From a virus: a stretch of 64,000 nt of DNA. The notes under the pieces were generated by a model that was not told where the DNA came from, did not search any database, and was given only the letters and a program-made list of their open reading frames with translations. The stretch spans positions 1 through 64,000 of IMG/VR virus record IMGVR_UViG_3300002026_000001, one strand, 5' to 3'. Shown here in pieces: positions 38,001 through 47,796 of this stretch; within the stretch, counting starts at the first letter, position 1; the number at the start of each line of letters is the position of its first letter. Made by a program: the position numbers and the translations under genes.

Positions 38001-39861
38001 GTTGCGAAAGGACGATCTGAACCGTAGCAGCATCGTAACTGTACGTCCGGGGGTCTTGGAAAGAACCACCTGCAATCATCACAATATTGTTTTTGCGCGG
38101 AACTTCAAAGACAGAAAACACCGTCTGAGACCCGTCTGATACATATGCTGAGATTTTGGGGACGAGTTTGTTCGGCGGACCAAACCGACCAGCGGGGTCC
38201 GCCCAAATGGGGCCGGTGTTGACACCGGTTGCTGATGAAGTGACTTGTGTGTCTTTGACTTCAAAGACGGACACATCAAGGTTTGCAACTCCGTTTGTCC
38301 ATAACGGCTGCTTTATCAGCTTTAGACCAGCATCGGAGACGCTAAACTCTGAAGTTGAGTAGTTCTTACCGTCAACGTAAACAACTACGCGGTCTTGGCG
38401 AATTCCGGCGAAATCAATTGGAATCTGGAACTCTGAACCTTGTACAGCTTGAACGTTGAAACGCTTGAAGTCCGTAGATGAAACTTCGTCTTCATAGGTT
38501 GCAAACATACTAAAGACTAGGTCTCCAGCACTGGGAGCGTTCAAAAACACGATTGAAGTGTCGTCGAACGCATACTTTGTTTTCGATATGTAGATATTGT
38601 TGTGGAACAGCGAAACCCAAGCACCATCATCAGGGACGATTGGCATGTAGAATCGTGTCGTCTGACCATCAGGCTGAAATGCAGTGTCGTACTTGACAAG
38701 CAAGCCGCCGACTTGTGAGTCTTCAGGAACGAAAGCTTGGACTTCGACGGCTGTACCGACTGGTGCTCCAGAAACAACAATCTTGTTACCTGCAACTAAA
38801 AACTCGTTCATGTTCAGACAACGGCCACCCATAAAGACGTAGGTGGTTTCTTTAGTCGCCCCAACCAAAGAGGCGTTGACTAAAGCCTTGCCGGAGTCAA
38901 GGACTCCAGCGACAAACTTGGCAACATACTTCTGCTTCGTGTTCGCTTGGACGGTGCGCTTCCAGCTATTGATTCCGACACCGAGCATCATGTACTCAGG
39001 AATGTCGGCACGTGATGGCAACTGGTCTTTCAGGTTTCTCCAGATTGCAAACACTGACGTGACGCCCAGTTTTAGCCAAGGCTTGTCAATAACCGTAAAC
39101 GTGTCTGTCTTCTTGTCGTAGGTCAGCTTTCGACTGACGCCAGCGCCAGCGCCGGAAACAATCTGTGCAACAACTACTTCACCATCGTTGAGCCAGAACC
39201 CGCCAGTCTTCGGGCTAACAACAAACGACGACAGGCTTCCGATAGAATCAGCCGCGCCCTTGTAGACGCGATTGTATCCAAGGAAAGCCCAGTGCAACCC
39301 GCCGGGACCGCTCTTAACGGCCAGACCTGCTGACGATGCGTGTTCGTAATCGTTCAGACTTTCGTCAAGAACTGCAACAGTGTTCTGCGGAGACTGCTGA
39401 GGAGAAACCAACGTCCGAACGAATGGAGTGCTCGGCAGACTGTTGTTCTGAGAGATAACCACGTTGATGAGGTCACCAAGCCTGTTTGCTACAACCAAGA
39501 CGTAGAGTTTAACTGCGTACTCATTCGTCTTGACGTATTCTGGATCGAGCTTGCCGACCGCGAACAGTTCTCCAGTCTCAAGATAGATTCCGACTTCGCG
39601 CAACGTCCAGAACCCTGAAGGCGGGTATGAAACAGGGATCGTCAGTGTCAGACGGATCACCGACGTATCGACAGCTTCAATAGAAGTAACTTCGGCACTG
39701 TAGACAGGGTTGCCAAGTAAATCGGTGGCAAGAATCAAGTCAAGATCAGTGAGACCAGAAATGTCTTGTTCACTGACTTTGAAACTCCCCAAGTTAACTA
39801 GAAAGCCACCTTCATCGGCTCTAGTAATTGCAGCTAGACCTATGTTTGTTACTGATAACAT
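35023..39861 (-). CDS. Large baseplate-anchored tail fibre/wedge protein (1612 aa)
   Basis: N-terminal T..GLA......F.V...I...PP.G.W..REVG.Y...GELFA anchoring domain; repeated DG.Q..F....V..GG.[FY]Q modules; two Ig-like P.I.GTY..D domains; Cys-containing C-terminus. Confidence 0.75.
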   Translation of the reverse strand: MLSVTNIGLAAITRADEGGFLVNLGSFKVSEQDISGLTDLDLILATDLLGNPVYSAEVTSIEAVDTSVIRLTLTIPVSYPPSGFWTLREVGIYLETGELFAVGKLDPEYVKTNEYAVKLYVLVVANRLGDLINVVISQNNSLPSTPFVRTLVSPQQSPQNTVAVLDESLNDYEHASSAGLAVKSGPGGLHWAFLGYNRVYKGAADSIGSLSSFVVSPKTGGFWLNDGEVVVAQIVSGAGAGVSRKLTYDKKTDTFTVIDKPWLKLGVTSVFAIWRNLKDQLPSRADIPEYMMLGVGINSWKRTVQANTKQKYVAKFVAGVLDSGKALVNASLVGATKETTYVFMGGRCLNMNEFLVAGNKIVVSGAPVGTAVEVQAFVPEDSQVGGLLVKYDTAFQPDGQTTRFYMPIVPDDGAWVSLFHNNIYISKTKYAFDDTSIVFLNAPSAGDLVFSMFATYEDEVSSTDFKRFNVQAVQGSEFQIPIDFAGIRQDRVVVYVDGKNYSTSEFSVSDAGLKLIKQPLWTNGVANLDVSVFEVKDTQVTSSATGVNTGPIWADPAGRFGPPNKLVPKISAYVSDGSQTVFSVFEVPRKNNIVMIAGGSFQDPRTYSYDAATVQIVLSQPIPFGVSVDFICFTDVEDAGTAAQCEVFDFTTTSSLSYAVNPVGALDSVILVIGGAYQHKGSFYVDATNQLILQGVVAGEQAELWYFKTTGHPGWRTEVFVDFNEIDSTNSYLLENKVSRKENTLVFLSSVLQYKPVYSVQDENYIETVKFGTPAPAGYYTHPLITVSFISGPPLTRLMLREDANTKYMPRHGPYVGWPNLTTDLRNMLACPMTKLLALLTGSMKQDFNNGSANDAALAEKYGLQPVTKNLTMSVLPTASYAGIGTGATLGAKMTFNVYKYLELFLKAELGSNTFTIHTYEQGVKYFIDNIQLGAMSYSAVARESIPMISYSTGIYINYPNALTGVTYAGVPLLTNFFDMMWSNSNSVLPAGFTASNTTIHTSSVVAIDDDNTQSRTFTHVIVNGFNGQTYTVKWKRPYTVTAYNTEYMVLVDGGGAPGYVQYFARLYAQWKYSDADITKCMYYNKVPLSGWAGFDPSGRSDAVWPKWLVAVQGGATGGNYPAIAGYTAGLAFGVVVDNFNANTGNCDVVIKMLSGTIGYSYFPAEMLIKKIEIPVSYTMYPAIAVDPITHSVIPMVSNDDLFKSCCWTGFEPSSTLGCGGDVATALPTVATQITTDQRPVIVGTYPKADAKSLSVKVAGTTFVLGSSSALTAIDNEWTLVLASTPVVLSPGYYDVEVSVDVGTGTPLIDKGVNEITITAGLDTRPPATPVVTAKIYNTTHPVINGTYASADSAGGFVVVVNGWSYNINGTTTIKVGSAVGELLVSRPCSSAPLTAVGDNWSLDLGKDTGNILAYGNSYNVVATSRDASGNTSNDTTNNEIAIYKPSGTVNSTYCVGLDKWGVLENGAGATYNQLIEANSVDCGWSPVVRFPNTGGALSTNYDFSLGGPYQSLTPLRVYLSRNGSTGSVTYSVTSYTTYCGDNPTFTGTAVLGTMSDSGKDVEYFNVTASWRKGCCNGNDNNIYVTVRISMTAAGNIKATLISSSTDGQWGC

Positions 39862-39894
39862 GTCATGTCCCTATGAATAAAAGGCGTCAAATAC

Positions 39895-40584
39895 TTATGG
39901 CAAAAGACGGCCACCAGCGCAAAGCAAGCTGTACTCTCTATCTGGCGTAAGCATTTTGGCACCGAACGCAATGTCGCAACGTACTTCGGCTGAAAATTCC
40001 ATGCGGTCGACAACCAGAGTCACCGGGTCTTGTTGATAGAACAAATCAATCATACGTTTGTAAAGCGATTGACCTGCTTTCAACTGAAGACCAACCAACG
40101 TCAAGAACCCCATCGCCAAGATCACGTGCGTCGTCTTAAACCACCGACCGCCATCATCAATCATCGCACCTTTTGGTGTGGTGTAGAAGTTTACGTAATC
40201 CTTCGAGTATAAGTACTCAACTTTACAGTTACCATTGACTGCCATGCTGATGAACTTAGTGAAGTCTTCTGTTCCGTTTGTGTCTGGATACAGGCCAAGC
40301 TGCGTCACCAAGCTGGTAAATTTGTCGACACTCCAATTCAACACGTCTTGTGTCAAATCAAACCCCAACATACGGCAAGCGTCGGCCAAGATCGTCTGGT
40401 CAGCGCCCGGAGGTAAGTATCGAACCAACTCAAGTTGCCGAATCGGGTCGTCGACATTGGCTTGGATGACTTGGTCGAATGCCACAGCCAAGTCATGCCA
40501 GACCTGCTTGTCTTTCAACCGCGAAGTTGTTATGTCCAGCAACTCCGCTTCAGCAATTGTCGGAGAAACGGTATCGACCATCAA
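39895..40584 (-). CDS. Baseplate wedge protein (P2 gpI/T4 gp7-like)
   Basis: Lies between the gp6/J-like gene and the fibre; RMLGFD...GT..F..F motif. Confidence 0.5.
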   Translation of the reverse strand: MMVDTVSPTIAEAELLDITTSRLKDKQVWHDLAVAFDQVIQANVDDPIRQLELVRYLPPGADQTILADACRMLGFDLTQDVLNWSVDKFTSLVTQLGLYPDTNGTEDFTKFISMAVNGNCKVEYLYSKDYVNFYTTPKGAMIDDGGRWFKTTHVILAMGFLTLVGLQLKAGQSLYKRMIDLFYQQDPVTLVVDRMEFSAEVRCDIAFGAKMLTPDREYSLLCAGGRLLP

Positions 40585-42317
40585 TTACTCCCGTCGCTAT
40601 AGATCGAACGTTCGCTGTACTTGCTGCTGATAAGCAAGCTGTCAAGAACAATGAAGTGGTTCAAGTCATTCGGTACCAAGTCAGCCGATTCCAAGCTGTA
40701 GGTAGTTAGTTTGCACTTGTCAACGTCAACGTAGTCAACGCCTTCAACCATCGCGGCACGAACCACGTCCGATACTGGAATGCGTCGTCCCAAGGTGTCG
40801 CTCTGTCTATTAAACAGAGCTTGCACTTTCGCCTCGGCGACTGGAACAACGCTTGATGAAACATACTGTTGCTTGAGTGCCAGCGTCAACTCAACAACAG
40901 CGTTCTGCACCGTCGGGTTTATCGTGACGATATTTACGGCAGCATGACGCTTCTTCTTCATGTAAAGCAGAAACTCGTTCCACTCAGAAGTTGTCAGCGC
41001 GGTGACGCTTGTATCAATCGGCAGCAAACAAACACGAAGCTGGTTCATCCAGCGTAAGTCGTACGGTGCAATATCACGTTGAGCACTGATCGAGGCACTG
41101 ATGATTCCGGGGTAGTCAAGTGATACTGCACGATAGTCAGCGTCAGTCACACCGCGATTACGCGCCTTGAAAATCAACGGGGCCATGAATCGGTAGTAGC
41201 TGGACGGCTTTTGGTCAGCGCCTCCTGATATGACTGACGTTGTCACGCCAGAGACCCAAGCAAGTTGTGCAGAAGCCACTTGCAGGTTTGTTAGGCCGTT
41301 GTTTGCCGCTGAACCGCCGGTCACTGCGTACGTAAACTTGATGACGTTGCCCAACGTCGGGATCGCGCCGGTCAATCCATCGCCAAAGGTGATGATCGTG
41401 TCGCCAAGTCCAGACGTGCTGTCGTAGTACACGTTCTCGTTCGGACCTGCTGTCCACATGCCTTCTGACGTTAGTCCCCAAGTGACCACCGAGTTGTTGT
41501 CGACATTTATTACCTGAACGCGTACATCAACGTCAGAGATATTGAATGAGGACTCTGCTAGGTAGACTTCCTTGAACGGTGCTCCGTCAGACAGGATTGT
41601 TTCTTGCTTGATGGTTCCTTCGTATAGTCGAACACCGTTACGAAGCAAACTTATTCGTGTCGCGGTCGTGAGACCGAGGAACGATGTTTCAGAATCAACT
41701 AGTTGGAACAAGTCATCGCCAACATTACCTCCGACGTACACAACGTTCTTCAGCTTGCCGTTGTCTGGACCGGAGTTTACCAGAAGGACAAACGTATCTT
41801 GGTGGCTCAACTTAGAAACGTTGATCGCGCTCAGGTCCAGTCTCAGGCTTCGAGTGTCGACAACTTCTTTTGATGTTCCGTAGAACAAACGTTCACTGGC
41901 CTTAGTCGACCCTTGAGCAAACATGAGTGGGTTGCGATTGAAGAAGTCTTTACCGTTGACCGAAAACACCGTGTATGGGGCGATAGCTATTGATGACGCC
42001 GTATCAATTCGTGACAGAGCAACGTCAACTCCGGCTGGATACTTCCGGTGAATGCGCACGCCCAACATTCTGGTGATAGCGTAGATGGAACTGTCGCGTG
42101 CTGCCGTGGTCAGTGTTGTCTCACGAGCCGCGCCTTCAATTGCAAACTGGTTAAAGGTGCCGACTGCCGCCATCATTTCCATCAGCGTTTCGCCGGTGGA
42201 AGATGTTTGCAAGTCGGTCCAAGTTCCGCTTGCGTTTAGGTACAGTTGCAATTGCATCAGAAGAGATTCAAAGTCAGGTTTTGTCTGACTAAGTTTCAGG
42301 GGCGCTGTGATACTCAT
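40581..42317 (-). CDS. Baseplate wedge protein (T4 gp6/P2 gpJ-like)
   Basis: DF.S....L.....WTD...S.G..L.EM.A; FGDG..G.IP..G..I...Y..T.G...NG; GGAD...RNR.VT..DY. Confidence 0.8.
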   Translation of the reverse strand: MSITAPLKLSQTKPDFESLLMQLQLYLNASGTWTDLQTSSTGETLMEMMAAVGTFNQFAIEGAARETTLTTAARDSSIYAITRMLGVRIHRKYPAGVDVALSRIDTASSIAIAPYTVFSVNGKDFFNRNPLMFAQGSTKASERLFYGTSKEVVDTRSLRLDLSAINVSKLSHQDTFVLLVNSGPDNGKLKNVVYVGGNVGDDLFQLVDSETSFLGLTTATRISLLRNGVRLYEGTIKQETILSDGAPFKEVYLAESSFNISDVDVRVQVINVDNNSVVTWGLTSEGMWTAGPNENVYYDSTSGLGDTIITFGDGLTGAIPTLGNVIKFTYAVTGGSAANNGLTNLQVASAQLAWVSGVTTSVISGGADQKPSSYYRFMAPLIFKARNRGVTDADYRAVSLDYPGIISASISAQRDIAPYDLRWMNQLRVCLLPIDTSVTALTTSEWNEFLLYMKKKRHAAVNIVTINPTVQNAVVELTLALKQQYVSSSVVPVAEAKVQALFNRQSDTLGRRIPVSDVVRAAMVEGVDYVDVDKCKLTTYSLESADLVPNDLNHFIVLDSLLISSKYSERSIYSDGSN

Positions 42318-42325
42318 GTCTGCTC

Positions 42326-42733
42326 CTAGCTACCACTCGAAAGGTTGAATTTGTAACTCACCATCTTATCCCCAAGTTTCGGGATTCGATAACTCATATC
42401 GACGTAGTATTGTTGGTTTATGTAGTCTGGAACAACTGTGACAACGATTTCGGTGATTCGTTTTTCCCAAGCGTAAGCTGCTTCGCGCAAATCATCCCCA
42501 ATCATACTTGCAGTTACTTCGTCGATTGGGCTGAAGAGAAGTTCCATCAACGTGTTACCAAACTGTCGACGGAACACCCGGCTAAATTTGGGAGTGGCGA
42601 AGATTGTCTCAAGGCTTCTCTTGATAGAGTCTTCGTTGTAGATCAACTCGTAAGGGCTTGTGGACAACACATCGCAATTGACGTCCGAAAACACTATTCG
42701 TTGTGGAATCTCAAGTACTGGTTTTACTGCCAT
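42326..42733 (-). CDS. Baseplate wedge protein (T4 gp25-like)
   Basis: SIK.S...IF.TP..SR.FR..FG..L..LLF.PID...WE.RI motif. Confidence 0.85.
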   Translation of the reverse strand: MAVKPVLEIPQRIVFSDVNCDVLSTSPYELIYNEDSIKRSLETIFATPKFSRVFRRQFGNTLMELLFSPIDEVTASMIGDDLREAAYAWEKRITEIVVTVVPDYINQQYYVDMSYRIPKLGDKMVSYKFNLSSGS

Positions 42734-42738
42734 GACGA

Positions 42739-43038
42739 TCACCCATTAACAAAGACGTCACCACTCCCTGTATTCATTGACGATCCGCATGCGACTGCGT
42801 CGCCAATTCTACATTTGGGGATTCCGTTGACAAAAACATTTGGACTGCCGCTGGCCGCAACGCTTGCATGGCATGGGTACGGTTTATCAGTGCAGCAGTG
42901 AACGGCCCACCCGTCTCCAACGCGGTGACTACCACGACTATTCACAAACACGTTTGGACTTGCGCTGATATTGTTACGCGGGGGCCAACATCCGTGACCA
43001 GCACACAAATCGCCTAGTCTATGAGCCGCTGGCATCAT
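42739..43038 (-). CDS. PAAR-type spike tip protein (T4 gp5.4-like)
   Basis: RLGDLC.GHGCWPP...S.NVFVN...HRVGD...HCC...H...GS.NVFVNG....RIGD.V.CGS....GS..VFVN. Confidence 0.9.
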   Translation of the reverse strand: MMPAAHRLGDLCAGHGCWPPRNNISASPNVFVNSRGSHRVGDGWAVHCCTDKPYPCHASVAASGSPNVFVNGIPKCRIGDAVACGSSMNTGSGDVFVNG

Positions 43039-43805
43039 AATCTCCCCGCATCACCGGACGCTAAAAGTCTGTAGACTGTCTTGTAGGACAGAAAACCCAA
43101 GTGATCACGCAAGTCCCCAAGAGAGTCAAAGATTTCGTTCATATACTCAACCTTCTGGCATTTGGTGGCTGCAACCTTCTGTGCAGAGCTAGACTTTCCA
43201 GTAACACGGATTGCCCCACTACGCATCAACCGTTCAACAGCTTCTCGCTTCAACCCAGTCTCACGAATCATACCCTGTTTGCTTGAATACACAACGCCTT
43301 GATACTTCAAAGTGTAAGCACCGCTTCCAACGTCGTACGAACCTCGCTCACGCCTAGTTGCAACTGCACGTTTTAAGTCGGATGGTTTGTGGCGTTTGGC
43401 GTAGAACGGATTGTCTGCACCTGCAAGACCTTTCAGAGAGTTTATACGGGCAATCTCTTTTTTCGACTTACCCAGTCTCCAATCCCCACCGACGGGTGCT
43501 CCACACTCCCCACCAGCAGTTGCGTTGTACCCGAAACCACGCTTGTCTGACTTGTGACGCTTGATAGACAGAATCTCATATTCGAGTGCTTCTGCTTTTG
43601 TGTCAAACTTTCGTAGCACACGGACTTTGAAATTCTCAATCCCGTACTTGCGAAGAGCGTGGCAAAGGGGGCGAATGTGCCCTGCGTTTGCATCACGCAT
43701 GTGTGCACGAAGACGCCGGGCCATCGTCATTGACGTGTAGCCGACATACTTCTTCCCTGACGGTGATGTCAGGAGATACACGCTAAAAACTTTGGCCGCT
43801 GGCAT
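43035..43805 (-). mobile_element. Free-standing GIY-YIG homing endonuclease with NUMOD3-like motif
   Basis: SVYLL.SPSGKKYVGYT, conserved Arg (RLRAH), Glu (ALEYE) and GYN..AGG; NPFYAKRH motif. Confidence 0.85.
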
Positions 43806-43815
43806 GACCGTTCTC

Positions 43816-44121
43816 CTAGTCAGTGTAAGCGTTTATCTCGTACTTTCCACTCGGCATTTTGTGCCATTGAAGGTGCAAGAACTTTCCAAGAGGTTTACCG
43901 CTGCGCAACTCAGAAAGTTCAATCGAACACCTTCCATCTGCGCCAGTCAAGAAACCTTCCCACGGAAACCCATCCTCATCAACAGGTGCAAGACCTGAAT
44001 GCTGTGCCAGCGCAAAGATTTCCTTGAGCGGTATGTGCTGGTAGTAGGTCTTGCATATATCAACCAGACCGGATTTCAAGCCGCTGTAGTTTGCCGCGCT
44101 GTTGCTAATCAAAATTTTCAT
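43816..44121 (-). CDS. Hypothetical protein
   Basis: Strong RBS ggagg with CTAATTT upstream; LHLQWHKMPSGKYEI motif. Confidence 0.6.
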   Translation of the reverse strand: MKILISNSAANYSGLKSGLVDICKTYYQHIPLKEIFALAQHSGLAPVDEDGFPWEGFLTGADGRCSIELSELRSGKPLGKFLHLQWHKMPSGKYEINAYTD

Positions 44122-44138
44122 AAATCCTCCAAGGACTC

Positions 44139-44145
44139 AAATTAG
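44139..44145 (-). promoter_or_regulatory. Putative late promoter motif CTAATTT
   Basis: Intergenic, upstream of the RBS for the 44121 start. Confidence 0.4.
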
Positions 44146-44147
44146 CG

Positions 44148-45749
44148 TTAGGCTATGGCAACGCCACCAACTCCGGGACTGTTCTTCAATAGCAAGATTC
44201 CAGAGACGTACTTGTTGTTCGTGGAAACACGAGTCTTAAAGTTTGTCGTGCTCAACGCTTGCGAGTTGTAGGCAACGTGAATCCAAGGACGTGATCCACC
44301 ATATTCAAGAATCACTTCACTGAACGGCAGGTTATCTTTGATCCAAACTGCACGGTTGTAGTACTCTGTGTCAGTGATGCCGCCCCATTGCAAGTCAGTC
44401 GCACTTCCTTTGACGTGCCAACTCGTTGCTGAACCTTGCGCTACGGGGCGGAAGCCGCTTGTCACCATTGGCATGCCGTACTTTGCAGCAATCGGGTCGA
44501 GAAGGTTGAGAGCGTGCTGCTTCAGGTTGCATACGATCTGAGCGGCTGTCAGACCAGCTTGTGCCGTGACTGATGCGCGTTGAAGTTGTGCCGCTGTCGA
44601 CAACTGACCAAGTGTGAAGTATTTGCTTAACTGTAAGCTAGAGCTAAACGTTGTCTGACCTTCAAACTCTGAGCAGTCTTGTGGGACAGCGACCAATGCG
44701 TTCGGCGTCTTTGTATCTTGCTGAGAAGCGACTGGATTGTTTTGAATATCAGGATCGAGACCTTGTGATCGCATAGCGGCTGCCTGTTCTGCTGTTGGTG
44801 GTGTTGTTTGCCCTTCCATCAACATTGTTGAAATGTCTGAAGGTGCTGCAAGACTACTAAAGCCTTCGCCGGGTGCACCGCCGGGAATGCCGGGCCACTC
44901 AGTGAACACGTGGTCTGCCGCGTCTGCTGCTGTTGGCGCAGCACCGGGATCGCCGCTACCCATGCCTGAGTTTTCGTCAATGCGTGGCGCTTCAAGAACT
45001 ATATTCGCACCGGACTCAAGGAAGTTTGTCCCGCCAGAAAAGCGTTGACTCTGACCGCCACTACTCTCTTTGATCGTACCGTCAACTCGTTGCTGGAAGT
45101 TGCCATTGATGTTTCGGCCTTCGTTTCCGTTAACCAAGTGCGTTTCATTTCCGGTTATGTGTTCGTCGTAGTTGCCGTCGATCTTGCGCTTCAGGTTGCC
45201 GACTATGTGCTCATCAACATTTCCAAGCACGTGACGTCGAACGTTGCCGCGAATCAACTCGTCAACGTTGCCTGTGATTTCCAACTCGACATTTCCGTCG
45301 ATGTAGATTTTCACATCCCCCGGATTGCGAAGGTAGGCAACGTTGTCTTCGGTATCAACCACCAACATCGCTTTGTTCTGAAACCTGACGACCGCACGAT
45401 TTGGGTAGTGGTACAGACACTCTTCCATGCGAGTCTGTTCATCAACGTGGAAACCACAATACATCGGGAACAGCGCCTTCCCTTGCTGGAAGCGCAACCA
45501 GATTTTCGTATTCACCTTCGGAACATGAAACACGCCAGAGGTAGGCGAGCCACCGTCAACGTGATCCCAATCTGGAATTGCCCAAGGCAGAGCGTCATCA
45601 GAGATACCGTCTTGAATACCGACGATACGAGCACGGACCCGACCAAGCTTCTTTGGGTCGTTGTTGTTCACAACCATTGACTCGTACCACTTGAGCGGGT
45701 CGAGTCCCTGCTTCTCAGCTAAGTCAGAGCCGGGGTTTATCATGGTCAA
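44148..45749 (-). CDS. Central spike protein (gp5/VgrG-like) with C-terminal M15-family peptidase
   Basis: OB-fold VV.NNDPKKLGRVRARI...LPWA...P.V...W..F..G; GNVDE.I.GN octapeptide beta-helix; SKYFTL...VTSGFRP...HVKGSATD (H-x6-D)...WIHV. Confidence 0.85.
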   Translation of the reverse strand: MTMINPGSDLAEKQGLDPLKWYESMVVNNNDPKKLGRVRARIVGIQDGISDDALPWAIPDWDHVDGGSPTSGVFHVPKVNTKIWLRFQQGKALFPMYCGFHVDEQTRMEECLYHYPNRAVVRFQNKAMLVVDTEDNVAYLRNPGDVKIYIDGNVELEITGNVDELIRGNVRRHVLGNVDEHIVGNLKRKIDGNYDEHITGNETHLVNGNEGRNINGNFQQRVDGTIKESSGGQSQRFSGGTNFLESGANIVLEAPRIDENSGMGSGDPGAAPTAADAADHVFTEWPGIPGGAPGEGFSSLAAPSDISTMLMEGQTTPPTAEQAAAMRSQGLDPDIQNNPVASQQDTKTPNALVAVPQDCSEFEGQTTFSSSLQLSKYFTLGQLSTAAQLQRASVTAQAGLTAAQIVCNLKQHALNLLDPIAAKYGMPMVTSGFRPVAQGSATSWHVKGSATDLQWGGITDTEYYNRAVWIKDNLPFSEVILEYGGSRPWIHVAYNSQALSTTNFKTRVSTNNKYVSGILLLKNSPGVGGVAIA

Positions 45750-47788
45750 GCCTCAAAGCGTTGGATCATGTTTGTTAGTGGTCGCAGTGCAGAATCCAAC
45801 GTACTCACAGCCGTCGGCGTTGCAAACGCGTTTGTTGGGAGTAGGTTTGCACTTGTCGAGTTTGTTCTCAGACTTTCCTGCTGCAAGAACGCATGTAGTT
45901 GTGAGTCTGTCATGCTACGCGTCTGCATCAACGTATCTAACCGAGTCGGAAGGTTTGTTTGTTGAATCGCAGTGGGCATTTTCTGACCTTGCATGCACAG
46001 GACTGAAGAGTTCCACTGGTTTGAAACATGCTCAGACGTCACCATAACCAAGTTCTTCGTCTGGTTCGCTGCTTCAGCCAACGCCATAGCATCCGATACC
46101 TCGCGCAAGTCAATTGGTATCGCACTGACCGCCGCATCAAGCACCGAGCCAACGCGCGAGTATTGAGCCAAATGCAATATCTGCTGACCTATAGCAGGTA
46201 GAACACCAGCCGCCTGAGACAACGTTGTGATACGCATCGCTTGTGGTAGTGACGAAATCGCTGGAATAAGTTGCCCCGTTGAATCTCCAATCAATTGGCT
46301 TATGCCGGACAAGCTGTTCAAGTGTGCAAGCATTTGAAGTGACGAATTGGCTAAACCTCCAATAGCGTCTGTGATACCAAGTCCAGAACTGATAGCGTTG
46401 GAAAGTTCTGCTGCGGCAGAACCTACTTGAGATACAGTCCGGTTTGCTAAACCTTGTAGTGATTCTAGTGTGTGGAAGCTGTCAGCAACCACACCGTTGA
46501 GACTTGCGATATTCTTAATGCCGGGAAGCTGCGATGCAAGAGACGTTCCCATTGAATTGCGATTGATACTGATGTCAGGAATCATCGAACGTTCACTTGC
46601 AACGTTGCCCGGACCTTGTAGTTGTGCTTGGCCTTCCATAGTGAGACTCATCCTTGCAAGTTCGAGACGTTCTGCGTAGTGAATACCGCTGCGAATAACA
46701 AGTGTTTTCCCAACGACCAGATAAATGTCGGTGTTTCTCACCGGAGCATTTAGATCGGCATCGGCTTGTCGGTAGACGACAACATCATACAACTGAACTT
46801 CGGTTACCTCTGTCACCAACAATGACATCTTCTCGGTGAACAACGCGAGGATTTTCATATTCTGGTAGACTGCGTCTTGAAACTGCTCATGCGTGTTGCC
46901 ACAATCAATCGGCGCGTAGTCATAACGCGACTTCTTAATCATGTCTGCCACTTCTTTGTTGAGCGCGAGGTACGAACCCGGTGTCTTGACTGCGAGTGAC
47001 GTGATCTGCTTGGGCTTTCCATCGAGGCTGTTGTGAACGCGTGTCGAACCGTAGTTCATTGCACTCGCCATGAATCCGGCAGTGCTCTTATCATGTGCTT
47101 CCTTGACCAAGTACGTCTTTTTGTGAGACTCGTTGGAGTTGTATCGAGCGTTGTGCGTAAACACAAACTGAATCTTCGCCTCCGGTGTGTTTATCACGTC
47201 AATCAAGTTGCGATAACGAATCTCACCGTAGCTGGTGACAGTAGCCGACATACCGCTATGCTGGTCCATCCAACCGTGACGAACAGTTTCCGACAAGAAC
47301 GTCTGACGATTCTTGCAGATGTTGAGCCACGTTGATTGCCTATCATTCATCTGGCGACCGTTGTACTCTTGGGGGCCAGAAAACGTCATGTCACAGCGAC
47401 TAGCCAATTGCTTCAGCACCGCATCTGTCGTCCCCTCGTAGCTTTCTTGAACTGAGGCAGAGACAAACTTCGGTGAATTGAGTATTGCGACAAACTTCAC
47501 TGTCGGGTTGAGGGCGTTGTTTGCACGGATCGGTCCGAACACTCGGTACTTGCGATACCCAACTCGGTTGTCTTTCATTGACCTTGCGATCAAGATTTCA
47601 ACCTTGTTGCCTTCAGACAAAGTATGCGACGAGGCCAGTAAGCTTTTCGGGTCTGCTAGGTCCAGAGACATAGTCGGGCAGAGAACACCATTGCCCTCGC
47701 ACAACGTAATGTTTTGCAAACCAGCGTACTCAACTTCTTGGTCGTCAATCTTCAGCGAAACAAATACGTCGTCCTGTATAGTTAGCAT
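45746..47788 (-). CDS. Putative baseplate hub protein (gp27-like) with low-complexity C-terminal extension
   Basis: Directly upstream of the gp5-like gene; likely start at 47788 (MLTIQDD) after the previous stop. Confidence 0.5.
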   Translation of the reverse strand: MLTIQDDVFVSLKIDDQEVEYAGLQNITLCEGNGVLCPTMSLDLADPKSLLASSHTLSEGNKVEILIARSMKDNRVGYRKYRVFGPIRANNALNPTVKFVAILNSPKFVSASVQESYEGTTDAVLKQLASRCDMTFSGPQEYNGRQMNDRQSTWLNICKNRQTFLSETVRHGWMDQHSGMSATVTSYGEIRYRNLIDVINTPEAKIQFVFTHNARYNSNESHKKTYLVKEAHDKSTAGFMASAMNYGSTRVHNSLDGKPKQITSLAVKTPGSYLALNKEVADMIKKSRYDYAPIDCGNTHEQFQDAVYQNMKILALFTEKMSLLVTEVTEVQLYDVVVYRQADADLNAPVRNTDIYLVVGKTLVIRSGIHYAERLELARMSLTMEGQAQLQGPGNVASERSMIPDISINRNSMGTSLASQLPGIKNIASLNGVVADSFHTLESLQGLANRTVSQVGSAAAELSNAISSGLGITDAIGGLANSSLQMLAHLNSLSGISQLIGDSTGQLIPAISSLPQAMRITTLSQAAGVLPAIGQQILHLAQYSRVGSVLDAAVSAIPIDLREVSDAMALAEAANQTKNLVMVTSEHVSNQWNSSVLCMQGQKMPTAIQQTNLPTRLDTLMQTRSMTDSQLHAFLQQESLRTNSTSANLLPTNAFATPTAVSTLDSALRPLTNMIQRFEA

Positions 47789-47796
47789 GGCTGTTC

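Noticed and set aside
45045-45680. 211-aa + strand ORF opposite the spike gene
   Set aside because: Shadow of the repetitive beta-helix coding sequence.
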